From contig VFZL01000013.1 of assembly GCA_016871175.1 (NCBI GenBank), positions 646 to 64,645 of the forward strand: 64,000 nt of DNA, written 5' to 3'. The DNA comes from Acidimicrobiia bacterium. GTDB taxonomy: Bacteria; Acidobacteriota; Vicinamibacteria; Vicinamibacterales; CAVVIG01. The notes under the pieces are model-generated. The model saw only the letters and a program-made list of their open reading frames with translations, had not been told where the DNA came from and did no database searches. Position numbers and translations under genes: made by a program. Of the stretch, positions 36,480 through 44,639 are shown one piece after another. The stretch's first letter is position 1. Every line of letters starts with the position of its first letter.

Positions 36480-37922
36480 ATGTTTGCGTCGTTTCACGCC
36501 ATCGTTCCGATGCTCTGTGTCACGGCGGCTGGTTTTGCCGCGATGGTGGCCGAAGCATTTCGAGAGAAGGGCGAACCGATGCCGATCGGCCCGCTCGGCG
36601 TGGTGGGACTCATCGGTGCCGCCGTGTCGACGGCGCTGTTGTGGGACCGACACGCCACCAGCTTCGGGGTCGTGACCGCTGACAACTTCGGGCTCTTCGT
36701 CACCGCGATTCTGATTGTCGTGGGCCTCCTCTCACTCGCGATTTCAGCGCCGACGGTCGAGCGCGAAGGCTTGCCTCGCGGTGAGTACTACGCGCTGATG
36801 TTGTTCTCGCTGGCCGGCATGATGCTGATGGCGACGGCCACCGACCTCCTGGTCATCTTTCTCGCGCTCGAGGTTTTGTCCCTGGCGATATATGTCTTGA
36901 CGGGCATCCGCCGGGACTCGCAGATGGGAGCCGAGGGTGCGTTCAAATACTTCCTCTTGGGTGGCTTCTCGTCGGCCTTCTTTCTGTATGGCATCGCATT
37001 CGTCTATGGGCTGACGGGTAGCACGCACTTAGACCGCGTCGGTACGCTGATGGCCGCTCAGGCCACGTCGTCAGGGCCCCTGCAGATTCTGGCAGTGGGG
37101 TTGCTGTTGGTCGGGTTCGCCTTCAAGGTGTCGGCGGTTCCGTTCCACATGTGGACGCCGGATGCCTACGAGGCGGCGCCGCCCGCGGTGACCGGCTTCA
37201 TGTCCACGGGCGTGAAGGCGGCCGCGTTCGCGGCGTTTGTCCGCGTCTTCCTGTCCGCGCTGGAGCCGCTCATCGGCGGATGGAGCGAGATCGTCTGGGT
37301 GCTCGCCGCCGCTACGATGATCCTCGGAACCGTGGTCGGCGTCGCGCAGACGAGCATCAAGCGGATGCTGGCGTACTCCAGCGTGGCGCATGGCGGATAC
37401 TTGCTCCTGGCGCTGGTCTCGGGCAACGACACGGCCAAGGGCGCCGTGCTGTTCTACCTGCTGGTGTACGCGGTGACCAACCTCGGTGCCTTCGGCATCA
37501 TCAGCGTGCTCGAGACACGCGATCAGGCGAACGACCGCGTCACCGACTATGCGGGCCTCTGGAGCACGCACCCGACGCTTGCGCTGATGATGACGTTCTT
37601 CCTGTTATCGCTCGGTGGGTTTCCACCGATGGCTGGCTTCATCGCGAAGTGGTACGTCTTTGCCGCCGCGATTCATGCGGGTTACGTCTGGCTGGCCATC
37701 ATCGGCGTTCTGACCAGTGTCGTGTCCGTGTTCTTCTACCTACGAGTCATCGTGATGATGTACATGTCGGCTCCTGACGCCGACACCCGTACGACGCTCC
37801 CCGCCGTCCCTCAACTGGCGGGCGCCGCGATCGTGATTTCGGCGCTGATCATCCTCTACCTCGGTGTGCTGCCCACTCGCGTACTCGAGTGGGCAGCCGC
37901 TTCGGTCAGCGGTATCATCTGA
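36480..37922 (+). CDS. nuoN: NADH-quinone oxidoreductase subunit N
   Basis: Start at ATG 36480, 1 nt after the nuoM stop. 480 aa. Motifs VPFHMWTPDAYEAAP and LAYSSVAHGGY. Confidence 0.9.
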   Translation: MFASFHAIVPMLCVTAAGFAAMVAEAFREKGEPMPIGPLGVVGLIGAAVSTALLWDRHATSFGVVTADNFGLFVTAILIVVGLLSLAISAPTVEREGLPRGEYYALMLFSLAGMMLMATATDLLVIFLALEVLSLAIYVLTGIRRDSQMGAEGAFKYFLLGGFSSAFFLYGIAFVYGLTGSTHLDRVGTLMAAQATSSGPLQILAVGLLLVGFAFKVSAVPFHMWTPDAYEAAPPAVTGFMSTGVKAAAFAAFVRVFLSALEPLIGGWSEIVWVLAAATMILGTVVGVAQTSIKRMLAYSSVAHGGYLLLALVSGNDTAKGAVLFYLLVYAVTNLGAFGIISVLETRDQANDRVTDYAGLWSTHPTLALMMTFFLLSLGGFPPMAGFIAKWYVFAAAIHAGYVWLAIIGVLTSVVSVFFYLRVIVMMYMSAPDADTRTTLPAVPQLAGAAIVISALIILYLGVLPTRVLEWAAASVSGII

Positions 37923-37925
37923 CGG

Positions 37926-38339
37926 ATGCCCGCTGACGTGCCCAAGTATCGGCCGCTGGAGCGCTTCTGGCCGTATGCCGAGCTTTCCGAGCAGCCGACC
38001 GACGAGGAGCTTGCGGCGCTCGATCCCGAGTTGCAGGAGGCGCTGTTCGGCTCGCAGGCCCGGGCTTTCTCCATCACCCTCGTCTTCCCTCAGCTTGACT
38101 TGCCCGATTTTCCCCGGGCGTTGGAGCTGGCGCGTGCGGCCGCCGAGTTTCGCGAAACAGGCCGAGGCGAGGCAACGCGCTACCGCGCTCGATTCTTCTC
38201 GGCCGACGCGCTTGCGCTGCGGGATCTCTTCCAAATCGTCGGTGTCTCCGACGCCACCGAAGTGCTGATTGACGATCGGCCAGTCCCCTTCGCTCGGGAG
38301 CTATGGCTTCCGTTGGTGTGGCTCGTGCTCGCCCGGTGA
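37926..38339 (+). CDS. Hypothetical protein coupled to the nuo operon
   Basis: 137 aa. The ATG lies 3 nt after the nuoN stop. No Cys, no TM segment, no family recognised (MPADVPKYRPLERFWPYAELSEQPTDEELAALDPELQEALF..). Confidence 0.5.
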   Translation: MPADVPKYRPLERFWPYAELSEQPTDEELAALDPELQEALFGSQARAFSITLVFPQLDLPDFPRALELARAAAEFRETGRGEATRYRARFFSADALALRDLFQIVGVSDATEVLIDDRPVPFARELWLPLVWLVLAR

Positions 38340-38918
38340 GTGGCCGTGCCTATCAGCGAATTCGAACGGGAGCTGCAGAGGCTCGAAGTCGAGCTCAAGA
38401 AGCTGGAGACCGAGTACAACCAGTACTTCGCTGGTCGGCTACCGCGTCCGCCGTGGGAGACCCGCAGCAAGGTCGAGGCGCTGGTCAAGCAGCACGATCG
38501 ACGGCACATCCAGAACACGGGTGAACGCTTTCGATTTCAGACCATCCAATCACGCTTTCGCACGCTCGTCGATCTGTGGGACCGCGCGCTCCGTGCCCGG
38601 GAGGAGGGCCGGGCCGGCCCGTTCGCGCAGAAGCGGGGCGCGCCGGCGGACACGAAACCCGGGTCGCGGGTAATGCACGTGGCGTCGTTTCGCGATCCGA
38701 TGAAGGAGATGGACAACTTGCACCAGCTCTACGATTCTCTGGTGCAGGCCCGCCAGTCGGTTGGGGAAGAGGCTGTGCCATTCCACAAGTTCGCCGAACT
38801 CGTGAAGACACAGGTGACCAAGCTGAAGGCCACTGGTAACGAGGAAGTGGCGTTCCGCGTGGCCGTGAAAGACGGCAAAGTAGCGTTCACGGCAAAGGAT
38901 CTGAAGACCGGGAAGTAG
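38340..38918 (+). CDS. Hypothetical protein with an N-terminal coiled coil
   Basis: 192 aa. The GTG start is immediately adjacent to the upstream TGA (38337-38339). Sequence includes FERELQRLEVELKKLETEYNQYFAGRLPRPPWE..RFRFQT..W. It vaguely recalls a family conserved in Myxococcota/Acidobacteriota, but I cannot name it with confidence. Confidence 0.5.
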   Translation: MAVPISEFERELQRLEVELKKLETEYNQYFAGRLPRPPWETRSKVEALVKQHDRRHIQNTGERFRFQTIQSRFRTLVDLWDRALRAREEGRAGPFAQKRGAPADTKPGSRVMHVASFRDPMKEMDNLHQLYDSLVQARQSVGEEAVPFHKFAELVKTQVTKLKATGNEEVAFRVAVKDGKVAFTAKDLKTGK

Positions 38919-38998
38919 CGAGGCCGGAACGGTTGAGTCAGCCTGCCCGCCTGAGCTTGTGCGGAGGCCGGGTTCGGCGAGGCTTGGAGAAGACGCAG

Positions 38999-39029
38999 GA
39001 GGCCGAGCGCCCTGCGGCGCCCGGCCTCA
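38999..39029. terminator. Hairpin between convergent genes (probable csp / upstream-operon terminator)
   Basis: A 13-bp stem with one mismatch: GAGGCCGAGCGCC-CTGC-GGCGCCCGGCCTC. There is no strong T tract on either side. Confidence 0.4.
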
Positions 39030-39045
39030 GGCTGGACGAGGGAGG

Positions 39046-39249
39046 TTAGATCCTGGTGACGTTGCCGGCCTGCGGGCCCTTCGGACCGTCAACGATTTCG
39101 AACTCGACGGCTTGGCCCTCCTCGAGCGAACGGAACCCGTCGCCCTGGATCGCCGAGTAGTGGACGAACACGTCACTTCCACCGTCCCGTTCGATGAAGC
39201 CGTATCCCTTGGCGTTGTTGAACCACTTGACCTTGCCTGTGATGCGCAT
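39046..39249 (-). CDS. Cold-shock protein, CspA family
   Basis: Trimmed to ATG 39249. 67 aa: [53 protein letters not shown].. (RNP1 KGYGFI, RNP2 VFVHY). TAA stop. Confidence 0.95.
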   Translation of the reverse strand: MRITGKVKWFNNAKGYGFIERDGGSDVFVHYSAIQGDGFRSLEEGQAVEFEIVDGPKGPQAGNVTRI

Positions 39250-39330
39250 CGTTCTTCTTCCTGCGTGCTGTGACGACAGCGTCGGCCGCGTCATTGAACC
39301 AACCCCGGCGATCGATCGTGGTGCCGGAGC

Positions 39331-39358
39331 ATAAAAAAAGGCCGCGTGTGCGGCCCTT
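39331..39358 (-). terminator. Canonical intrinsic terminator inside the csp leader region
   Basis: The minus strand reads AAGGGCCGC-ACAC-GCGGCCUUUUUUUAU. That is a 6-bp GC stem (39340-39345 / 39350-39355), extendable to 9 bp, with a 7-U tract (39333-39339). It lies between a strong promoter-like element and the csp ATG. Confidence 0.7.
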
Positions 39359-39394
39359 CCCTTTACGGCGCCAGGCCCGCCCGGCGTCCTGGCG

Positions 39395-39423
39395 ATAATA
39401 CTGGACTTCAGCCGTTATGCCAA
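39395..39423 (-). promoter_or_regulatory. Strong sigma70-like promoter reading toward csp
   Basis: On the minus strand: TTGGCA (39423-39418), 17-nt spacer, TATTAT (39400-39395). The -35 hexamer overlaps the purH ATG (39417-39419). Confidence 0.5.
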
Positions 39424-41108
39424 GAGCGCTACTCAGTGTGTCTGACAAGACAGGGATCGTCGACGTCGGTCGAGGGCTGGCCGCCCGCGGCTTCGAGCTC
39501 GTCTCCACGGGGGGCACGGCCATGGCCCTTCGCGAGACTGGCCTCACGGTCACCAATGTGTCCGATGTCACCGGCTTCCCAGAGATGATGGACGGTCGGG
39601 TCAAGACGCTCCATCCGGCTCTGCACGGCGGGATTCTGGCCCGCCGCGACCGTCCCGACGACCTCGCCGCGCTGGCCAGGCAGGGCTTTTCGCCCGTCGA
39701 CGTCGTCATCGTCAACCTCTATCCGTTCGTGAAGGCGGCCGCGAATCCAGCCACGCCCTTCGATGCGCTCATCGAAGAAATCGACATCGGTGGTCCGTCG
39801 CTCGTGCGGGCGGCGGCCAAGAACTTTCGGGGCGTCCTGGTGGTAGTGGACCCAGGGGACTACCCGGCGCTGCTCCACGCGCTCGATACGACGCCCTCTT
39901 TACCGTTCAGGTTCGATTTGATGCGCAAGGCGATTGCGCACACGGCGGCGTACGACGCCGCCATCACTGCTGCGCTGAAGACGATCACGGTCGAGGGCTA
40001 CACCTTCTCGCGGCCGGACGCCACGGGGGCTCCGGCGAGCCACTTCCTGACGCTGACCAAGGTCCGCGATCTCCGATACGGCGAGAATCCGCATCAACCG
40101 GCGGCATGGTACTCGGGCGGCATCTCCTCGGCGTTGATAGGATCGGCCGGATTCGGAGGGGCGCAGATCCTTCAGGGCAAGGAGCTGTCTTACACGAACC
40201 TTCTCGATCTGGACGCCGCCGCGAGGATCGTGCTCGAGTTCGAGGAACCGGCCGCGGCCGTCATCAAGCACACCAACCCTTGCGGCGCCGCCCTTGGCTC
40301 GTCAGCGGCCGATGCGTACGTCCGTGCCCGCGAGGCGGACGCGCTTGCCGCGTTCGGCGGCATCGTGGCTCTCAACCGCCCCCTTGATGTCGATACCGCC
40401 CGTGCGATCGTGTCGACGTTCATCGAAGCGGTCATCGCGCCGTCGGTGGACCCTGCGGCGCGCGAGATCCTCGCCAAGAAGGTGAACATGCGCGTGGTCG
40501 TTGCGGACTTCTCGCTGTTCAAGGCCGCGGCGTTCGGCCTGACCGACGCCAGCCCCGAGGTCCGATCGATTCTGGGAGGAGTGCTCGTTCAGGCCCGCGA
40601 TCGCGTGGCTGAAGCCCAGACGCCATGGACGGCGAGCGCCCTGCCGCCGGACCTTCGCGTGGTGACCAAGCGACAGCCCACGGCCGACGAGTGGACCGCC
40701 CTTCGATTCGCGTGGCGGATTTGCGCGCACGTGAAATCGAATACCGTCATCTTCACGGACTCGTCGCGCACCCTGGCCATCGGGGCCGGGCAGATGAGCC
40801 GCGTGGACGCGGTCAACGTCGCGGTGATGAAGGCGACGCAGGCCGCTCGGGCTCTCCCGGCCGTTACGGCAAGTCCGGGTCCGGCGCCTTCGGCTGGTGC
40901 TCGGACGGCAGACAGGCCGCTGGTTGGTTCGGTGGCGGCCTCGGACGCCTTCTTCCCGTTCAGCGATGGCCTCGAGGCCGTCGCGCACGCAGGAGCCACC
41001 GCCGTCGTGCACCCAGGTGGGTCAGTGCGCGATGCCGAGGTGATTGCCGCGGCGGACGAGCATGGGCTGGCGATGGTCCTGACCGGTCGCCGGCACTTCA
41101 GGCACTGA
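39417..41108 (+). CDS. purH: Bifunctional AICAR transformylase / IMP cyclohydrolase
   Basis: 563 aa. Motifs RALLSVSDKTGIVD, VKTLHPALHGGIL, GGPSLVRAAAKNF and ASDAFFPF. Confidence 0.95.
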   Translation: MPRALLSVSDKTGIVDVGRGLAARGFELVSTGGTAMALRETGLTVTNVSDVTGFPEMMDGRVKTLHPALHGGILARRDRPDDLAALARQGFSPVDVVIVNLYPFVKAAANPATPFDALIEEIDIGGPSLVRAAAKNFRGVLVVVDPGDYPALLHALDTTPSLPFRFDLMRKAIAHTAAYDAAITAALKTITVEGYTFSRPDATGAPASHFLTLTKVRDLRYGENPHQPAAWYSGGISSALIGSAGFGGAQILQGKELSYTNLLDLDAAARIVLEFEEPAAAVIKHTNPCGAALGSSAADAYVRAREADALAAFGGIVALNRPLDVDTARAIVSTFIEAVIAPSVDPAAREILAKKVNMRVVVADFSLFKAAAFGLTDASPEVRSILGGVLVQARDRVAEAQTPWTASALPPDLRVVTKRQPTADEWTALRFAWRICAHVKSNTVIFTDSSRTLAIGAGQMSRVDAVNVAVMKATQAARALPAVTASPGPAPSAGARTADRPLVGSVAASDAFFPFSDGLEAVAHAGATAVVHPGGSVRDAEVIAAADEHGLAMVLTGRRHFRH

Positions 41109-42093
41109 CGGGGAAACCGGCCAGGAGCTCGTCGCCGAGGACCGTCGCCGGTCCGAACTTGCCGACGACGATGCCGGCGGCCTGATTGGCCAGGATCGCG
41201 GCTTCCGCCAGGGACGCGCCGGCAGCCAGCGCCAGCGCGAGCGTGGCGGCCACCGTGTCTCCTGCGCCCGTGACGTCGGAGACCTCACGCGCGACCGCGG
41301 CGATCGCTCCTTCGGAGTCCGGTGTGGACAGCCACATGCCGTGCTCTCCGCGTGTGATGAGAACGGCCTCGCACCGCGTGCGCGTCCGAAACGCCGCTGC
41401 CGCGTCTCTCGCATCGTCGTGCGAGCGGATCTGGCGAAGCGTCGCGGCTTCGGCTTCGTGATGATTCGGCGTGATGAGCGTGGCGCCGGCATAGCGATCC
41501 AAGTGAGGGATCTTCGGGTCCACGATGAGGGCTGCGCGTGCGTCCTTTCGGGTGCGCGCCGTCTCCATCACTCGGTCGGTGACGGCCCCCTTCAGGTAGT
41601 CCGAAACCAGCACGACGGCTGCGAGCGAACCCGCTCGCGCGATCCGCTGCTGGAGCTCACGCTCGACATCGCCGCTGACCTCGGCATCCTGCTCATAGTC
41701 CACGCGAGCCACTTGTTGATTGTGATCCGTCACGATGCGGACCTTCTCGGTCGTCGGACGGCTCGGATCGGTGACGAGCTCGGCCGCGCTGACGCCAGAC
41801 TCGAGCAGTTGCCGCGTCAGCCGCTCCGCCGCGGCATCCGACCCCACAACACCCACAAGGGTTACCTCGGCACCGAGCGCCGCCAGGTTGTGCGCAACGT
41901 TCGCGGCGCCGCCCAGGCGCGTGAACTCGGATCGAAACTGGACGACCGGGACCGGCGCCTCCGGGGAGATCCGCGTCACCCGCCCGACGATGAAACGGTC
42001 GAGCATGACGTCGCCGATCACCAGAACCCGGTGGCCGCGAAGCGCTCGAATGAGCTCGCGCGCTCGTCGGGGCTCCAGCGGCGGCAACGTCAT
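41098..42093 (-). CDS. D-glycero-beta-D-manno-heptose-7-phosphate kinase (RfaE domain I, PfkB family)
   Basis: Trimmed to ATG 42093 (ATGA overlap with the upstream gene). 331 aa. Motifs VLVIGDVMLDRFIVGRVTRISPEAPVPVV, GGAANVAHN and TGAGDT. Confidence 0.75.
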   Translation of the reverse strand: MTLPPLEPRRARELIRALRGHRVLVIGDVMLDRFIVGRVTRISPEAPVPVVQFRSEFTRLGGAANVAHNLAALGAEVTLVGVVGSDAAAERLTRQLLESGVSAAELVTDPSRPTTEKVRIVTDHNQQVARVDYEQDAEVSGDVERELQQRIARAGSLAAVVLVSDYLKGAVTDRVMETARTRKDARAALIVDPKIPHLDRYAGATLITPNHHEAEAATLRQIRSHDDARDAAAAFRTRTRCEAVLITRGEHGMWLSTPDSEGAIAAVAREVSDVTGAGDTVAATLALALAAGASLAEAAILANQAAGIVVGKFGPATVLGDELLAGFPVSA

Positions 42094-43313
42094 GCGGGAG
42101 CGCGGTCGGTCGCGGGAAAACTGGCGGCGAACGGAACCGTAATCAGCAGCAGCAGGAGCATGAGGAACTCTGAGTCGCCGAAGTTGTACTCGAAGAGCCC
42201 GGCGGCGAGCATCGAGACCATGGCCGCGAGTCCGGCTGCCGCGCTCACAGCGGGCAACCGACCCGATCGGAAGCCGCGGCCAAGGTCGTAGATGACGAGG
42301 GCGACGAAGGCAAGCCAGAGCCCGAGGGCCGGCAGGCCGCGTTCGGCTGCGATCTGCATCGGCACATTGTGCAGGTGCGGATTGATCGTCTCGACCGCGT
42401 TTGGATCCCGATAGATCTCGTACACCACCTCGACCATGTTCGGTCCGACCCCGAAGAAGGGGTGCTGACGGATCATCCGTTCGCCCTCTCGAACCATCGC
42501 CACGCGGTCGCGATTGGTGGGATCCTCGAGGTCGAAGATGGACGCGAAGCGGGCGGTAACCGACGCGGGGGCGGTGGCCACGAAGAGGGCCGCGACGACG
42601 GGGAGGACAGCCATGAGCCTGAAGTCCTTGAGCGCGAGGAGCGTAGCGGCGGCCGTGCATGCGCCGACCCACGCGCTGCGCGTGAAGGTGAGCGCCACGG
42701 CGACAGCGAGTGCCGGCATGACGAGCGCGGCCCACGTCCGATCGCGCTTGCCGAAGAGCAGTTGGGCCAACGCAACACCGATCACGAGCATCAGCAGACC
42801 CGAATAGGTCATGTAGTGGCCGAGCGTCCCTCGGGGCCGCTGTCCGAGGTGGTCGTAGTGGAGGATGCCGTACTGCACGATGCCGAATGCGGCGCTGGCG
42901 GCACCCACGGAAACCACGACGAGCAAGAGCGTTGCGCCGCTGTTTCCGCGAACGAAGCGATACGTCAACGGCACCATCAGGAACAGGAGGAGCTGCTTCG
43001 TGTCGGCGACGCTGACGCGCGGATCTGGCGAGAGCCCCGCCGAGACCAGCGTCACTGCGGCCAGGCCGGCCAGTGGCCAGAAGAAGCGGGGCACCTGGAA
43101 CGCCTCGCGTTTCACAATCGTCACGGTGAGCCAGCAGACCACGGCGAGCGCCAGCAGCGACTGGGCGAGCGCAATGGACAGTTGAAGGGCTCCGGCGATT
43201 CCGAGCGTCGCTAAGAGCCCCGCGCGTTCGAGGCGGGTGACAATGGAGAAGTCGGGCGGTGCCGCACTGAGCGCGTCAGCCTTGCTCATGAACGCCGCTG
43301 ATTGTACCCGCAT
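42090..43313 (-). CDS. O-antigen ligase (WaaL/Wzy_C) family membrane protein
   Basis: 407 aa, more than 10 TM segments. Has the loop ..LTFTRSAWVGA.. typical of the Wzy_C domain. The start is uncertain because it overlaps the upstream gene by 38 nt. Confidence 0.7.
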   Translation of the reverse strand: MRVQSAAFMSKADALSAAPPDFSIVTRLERAGLLATLGIAGALQLSIALAQSLLALAVVCWLTVTIVKREAFQVPRFFWPLAGLAAVTLVSAGLSPDPRVSVADTKQLLLFLMVPLTYRFVRGNSGATLLLVVVSVGAASAAFGIVQYGILHYDHLGQRPRGTLGHYMTYSGLLMLVIGVALAQLLFGKRDRTWAALVMPALAVAVALTFTRSAWVGACTAAATLLALKDFRLMAVLPVVAALFVATAPASVTARFASIFDLEDPTNRDRVAMVREGERMIRQHPFFGVGPNMVEVVYEIYRDPNAVETINPHLHNVPMQIAAERGLPALGLWLAFVALVIYDLGRGFRSGRLPAVSAAAGLAAMVSMLAAGLFEYNFGDSEFLMLLLLLITVPFAASFPATDRAPA

Positions 43314-44400
43314 CCCCGGCGGTATGGGTACCGGCGGCCAGGGCTCGCCGGCTGGCGTCGACCACCACCTCAGGCGTGATCCCCGTCAGGCAGCGGAAGT
43401 CGCCCGGGATGCAGACACGCTGATCGCAGGGCCGGCACGGCAGCTCGGTCACCTCCACGGCTTCAGCCGACCATCGGGGATGTCGCCAGGGTGCCGATCG
43501 CGCCGGCAACGTTGGCCCGTAGAGACTCACCATCGGTACGCGGCTCGTCGAGGCGATGTGCATCGGACCGCTGTCCCCACCGATGTAGAGGGCCGCTCGC
43601 TCGCACAGCGCGCGCACCTCTCTGAGCGAGAATTCACCGCAGTTCACCACCCGATGCGAGAGCTCGTCGCCGACCGCTGCGCGCGCGACGTCGATCACCT
43701 GCGTGGAGGCCTGGCGCTCCGAGGGGCCAGAGGTCACGATGACCCAGTTGCGGGCACTCTCGCGAGCCAGTGCGGCAGCCACCGATGCAAACGACGCAAT
43801 GGGCCAGCGTCGAAACGGATTGCCGGCGCTCACGTGGATCACGATGAGACGAGCATCCGGTGGGACGCCTGCGTCGTGCAGTCGACGCTCGACGTCTGCG
43901 GCCGCCGTCGCATCAACCGTCATCGCGACCGGATATCGGATCCGGTCTGGCGGGTCGACGCCCAGCACGGTCAACAAATCCCACTGGTTCTCCACCGAGT
44001 GACGCGCTCGCAGCGCCCTGGGACGGTGGACGACCCGGGTGTACATCCAGGTTCGGCCGGCGACATCGTACCCGACCCGTTCTCTCGCCCCCGTCAACCA
44101 CGTGATCAGTGAGGCGCGGGGGCCTCCGTGGAAGTCGATGACCAGATCGAATCGGCGCCGGCGTAACGCGCGGATCAGCCCGTAGTCGGCGCCTAGACGC
44201 TGCCAACGTGGGAGGGCCGAACGAGCGGGAGCGACAATCACCTCATCGAGAGACGGGTGCGCCGCGACGACGGGCGCGGCGTGGGGTTCGACGAGGTAGG
44301 CCAGATAGGCGTCGGGAAAGCGGGCGCGGAGGGCGGTCACGCCCGGTGTCGTGAACACCACGTCCCCGATCTCCCGGAGCCGGACGACGAGAATCCGCAT
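43276..44400 (-). CDS. Glycosyltransferase family 9 (LPS heptosyltransferase)
   Basis: 374 aa. N-terminus MRILVVRLREIGDVVFTTP plus GGDSGPMHIA. Confidence 0.8.
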   Translation of the reverse strand: MRILVVRLREIGDVVFTTPGVTALRARFPDAYLAYLVEPHAAPVVAAHPSLDEVIVAPARSALPRWQRLGADYGLIRALRRRRFDLVIDFHGGPRASLITWLTGARERVGYDVAGRTWMYTRVVHRPRALRARHSVENQWDLLTVLGVDPPDRIRYPVAMTVDATAAADVERRLHDAGVPPDARLIVIHVSAGNPFRRWPIASFASVAAALARESARNWVIVTSGPSERQASTQVIDVARAAVGDELSHRVVNCGEFSLREVRALCERAALYIGGDSGPMHIASTSRVPMVSLYGPTLPARSAPWRHPRWSAEAVEVTELPCRPCDQRVCIPGDFRCLTGITPEVVVDASRRALAAGTHTAGDAGTISGVHEQG

Positions 44401-44422
44401 GCTTGAGGGCCGTCCGAGCCTG

Positions 44423-44593
44423 TCAGGGCTCGACGGTCGCCTCTTCCAGGAGCATGACCGGGATGTCGTCCTTGATGGGGTAGACCCGCTTGCACGTGTC
44501 GCACTTGAGCGCGGTGCCGTCCTTCACGAGCACTACCGCGGTCTTGCAGTGCGGACACGCCAGAATTTCCAGCAATTCCTGGTCGACGGACAT
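44423..44593 (-). CDS. Trm112/YcaR (UPF0434) family small zinc-ribbon protein
   Basis: Trimmed to ATG 44593. 56 aa: LLEILACPHCKTAV..LKCDTCKRVYPIKDDIPVMLLEEA. Confidence 0.7.
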   Translation of the reverse strand: MSVDQELLEILACPHCKTAVVLVKDGTALKCDTCKRVYPIKDDIPVMLLEEATVEP

Positions 44594-44639
44594 GGCAGCA
44601 CTATATGACACCCGACGACATTTGTGGAACAATTCGGCC

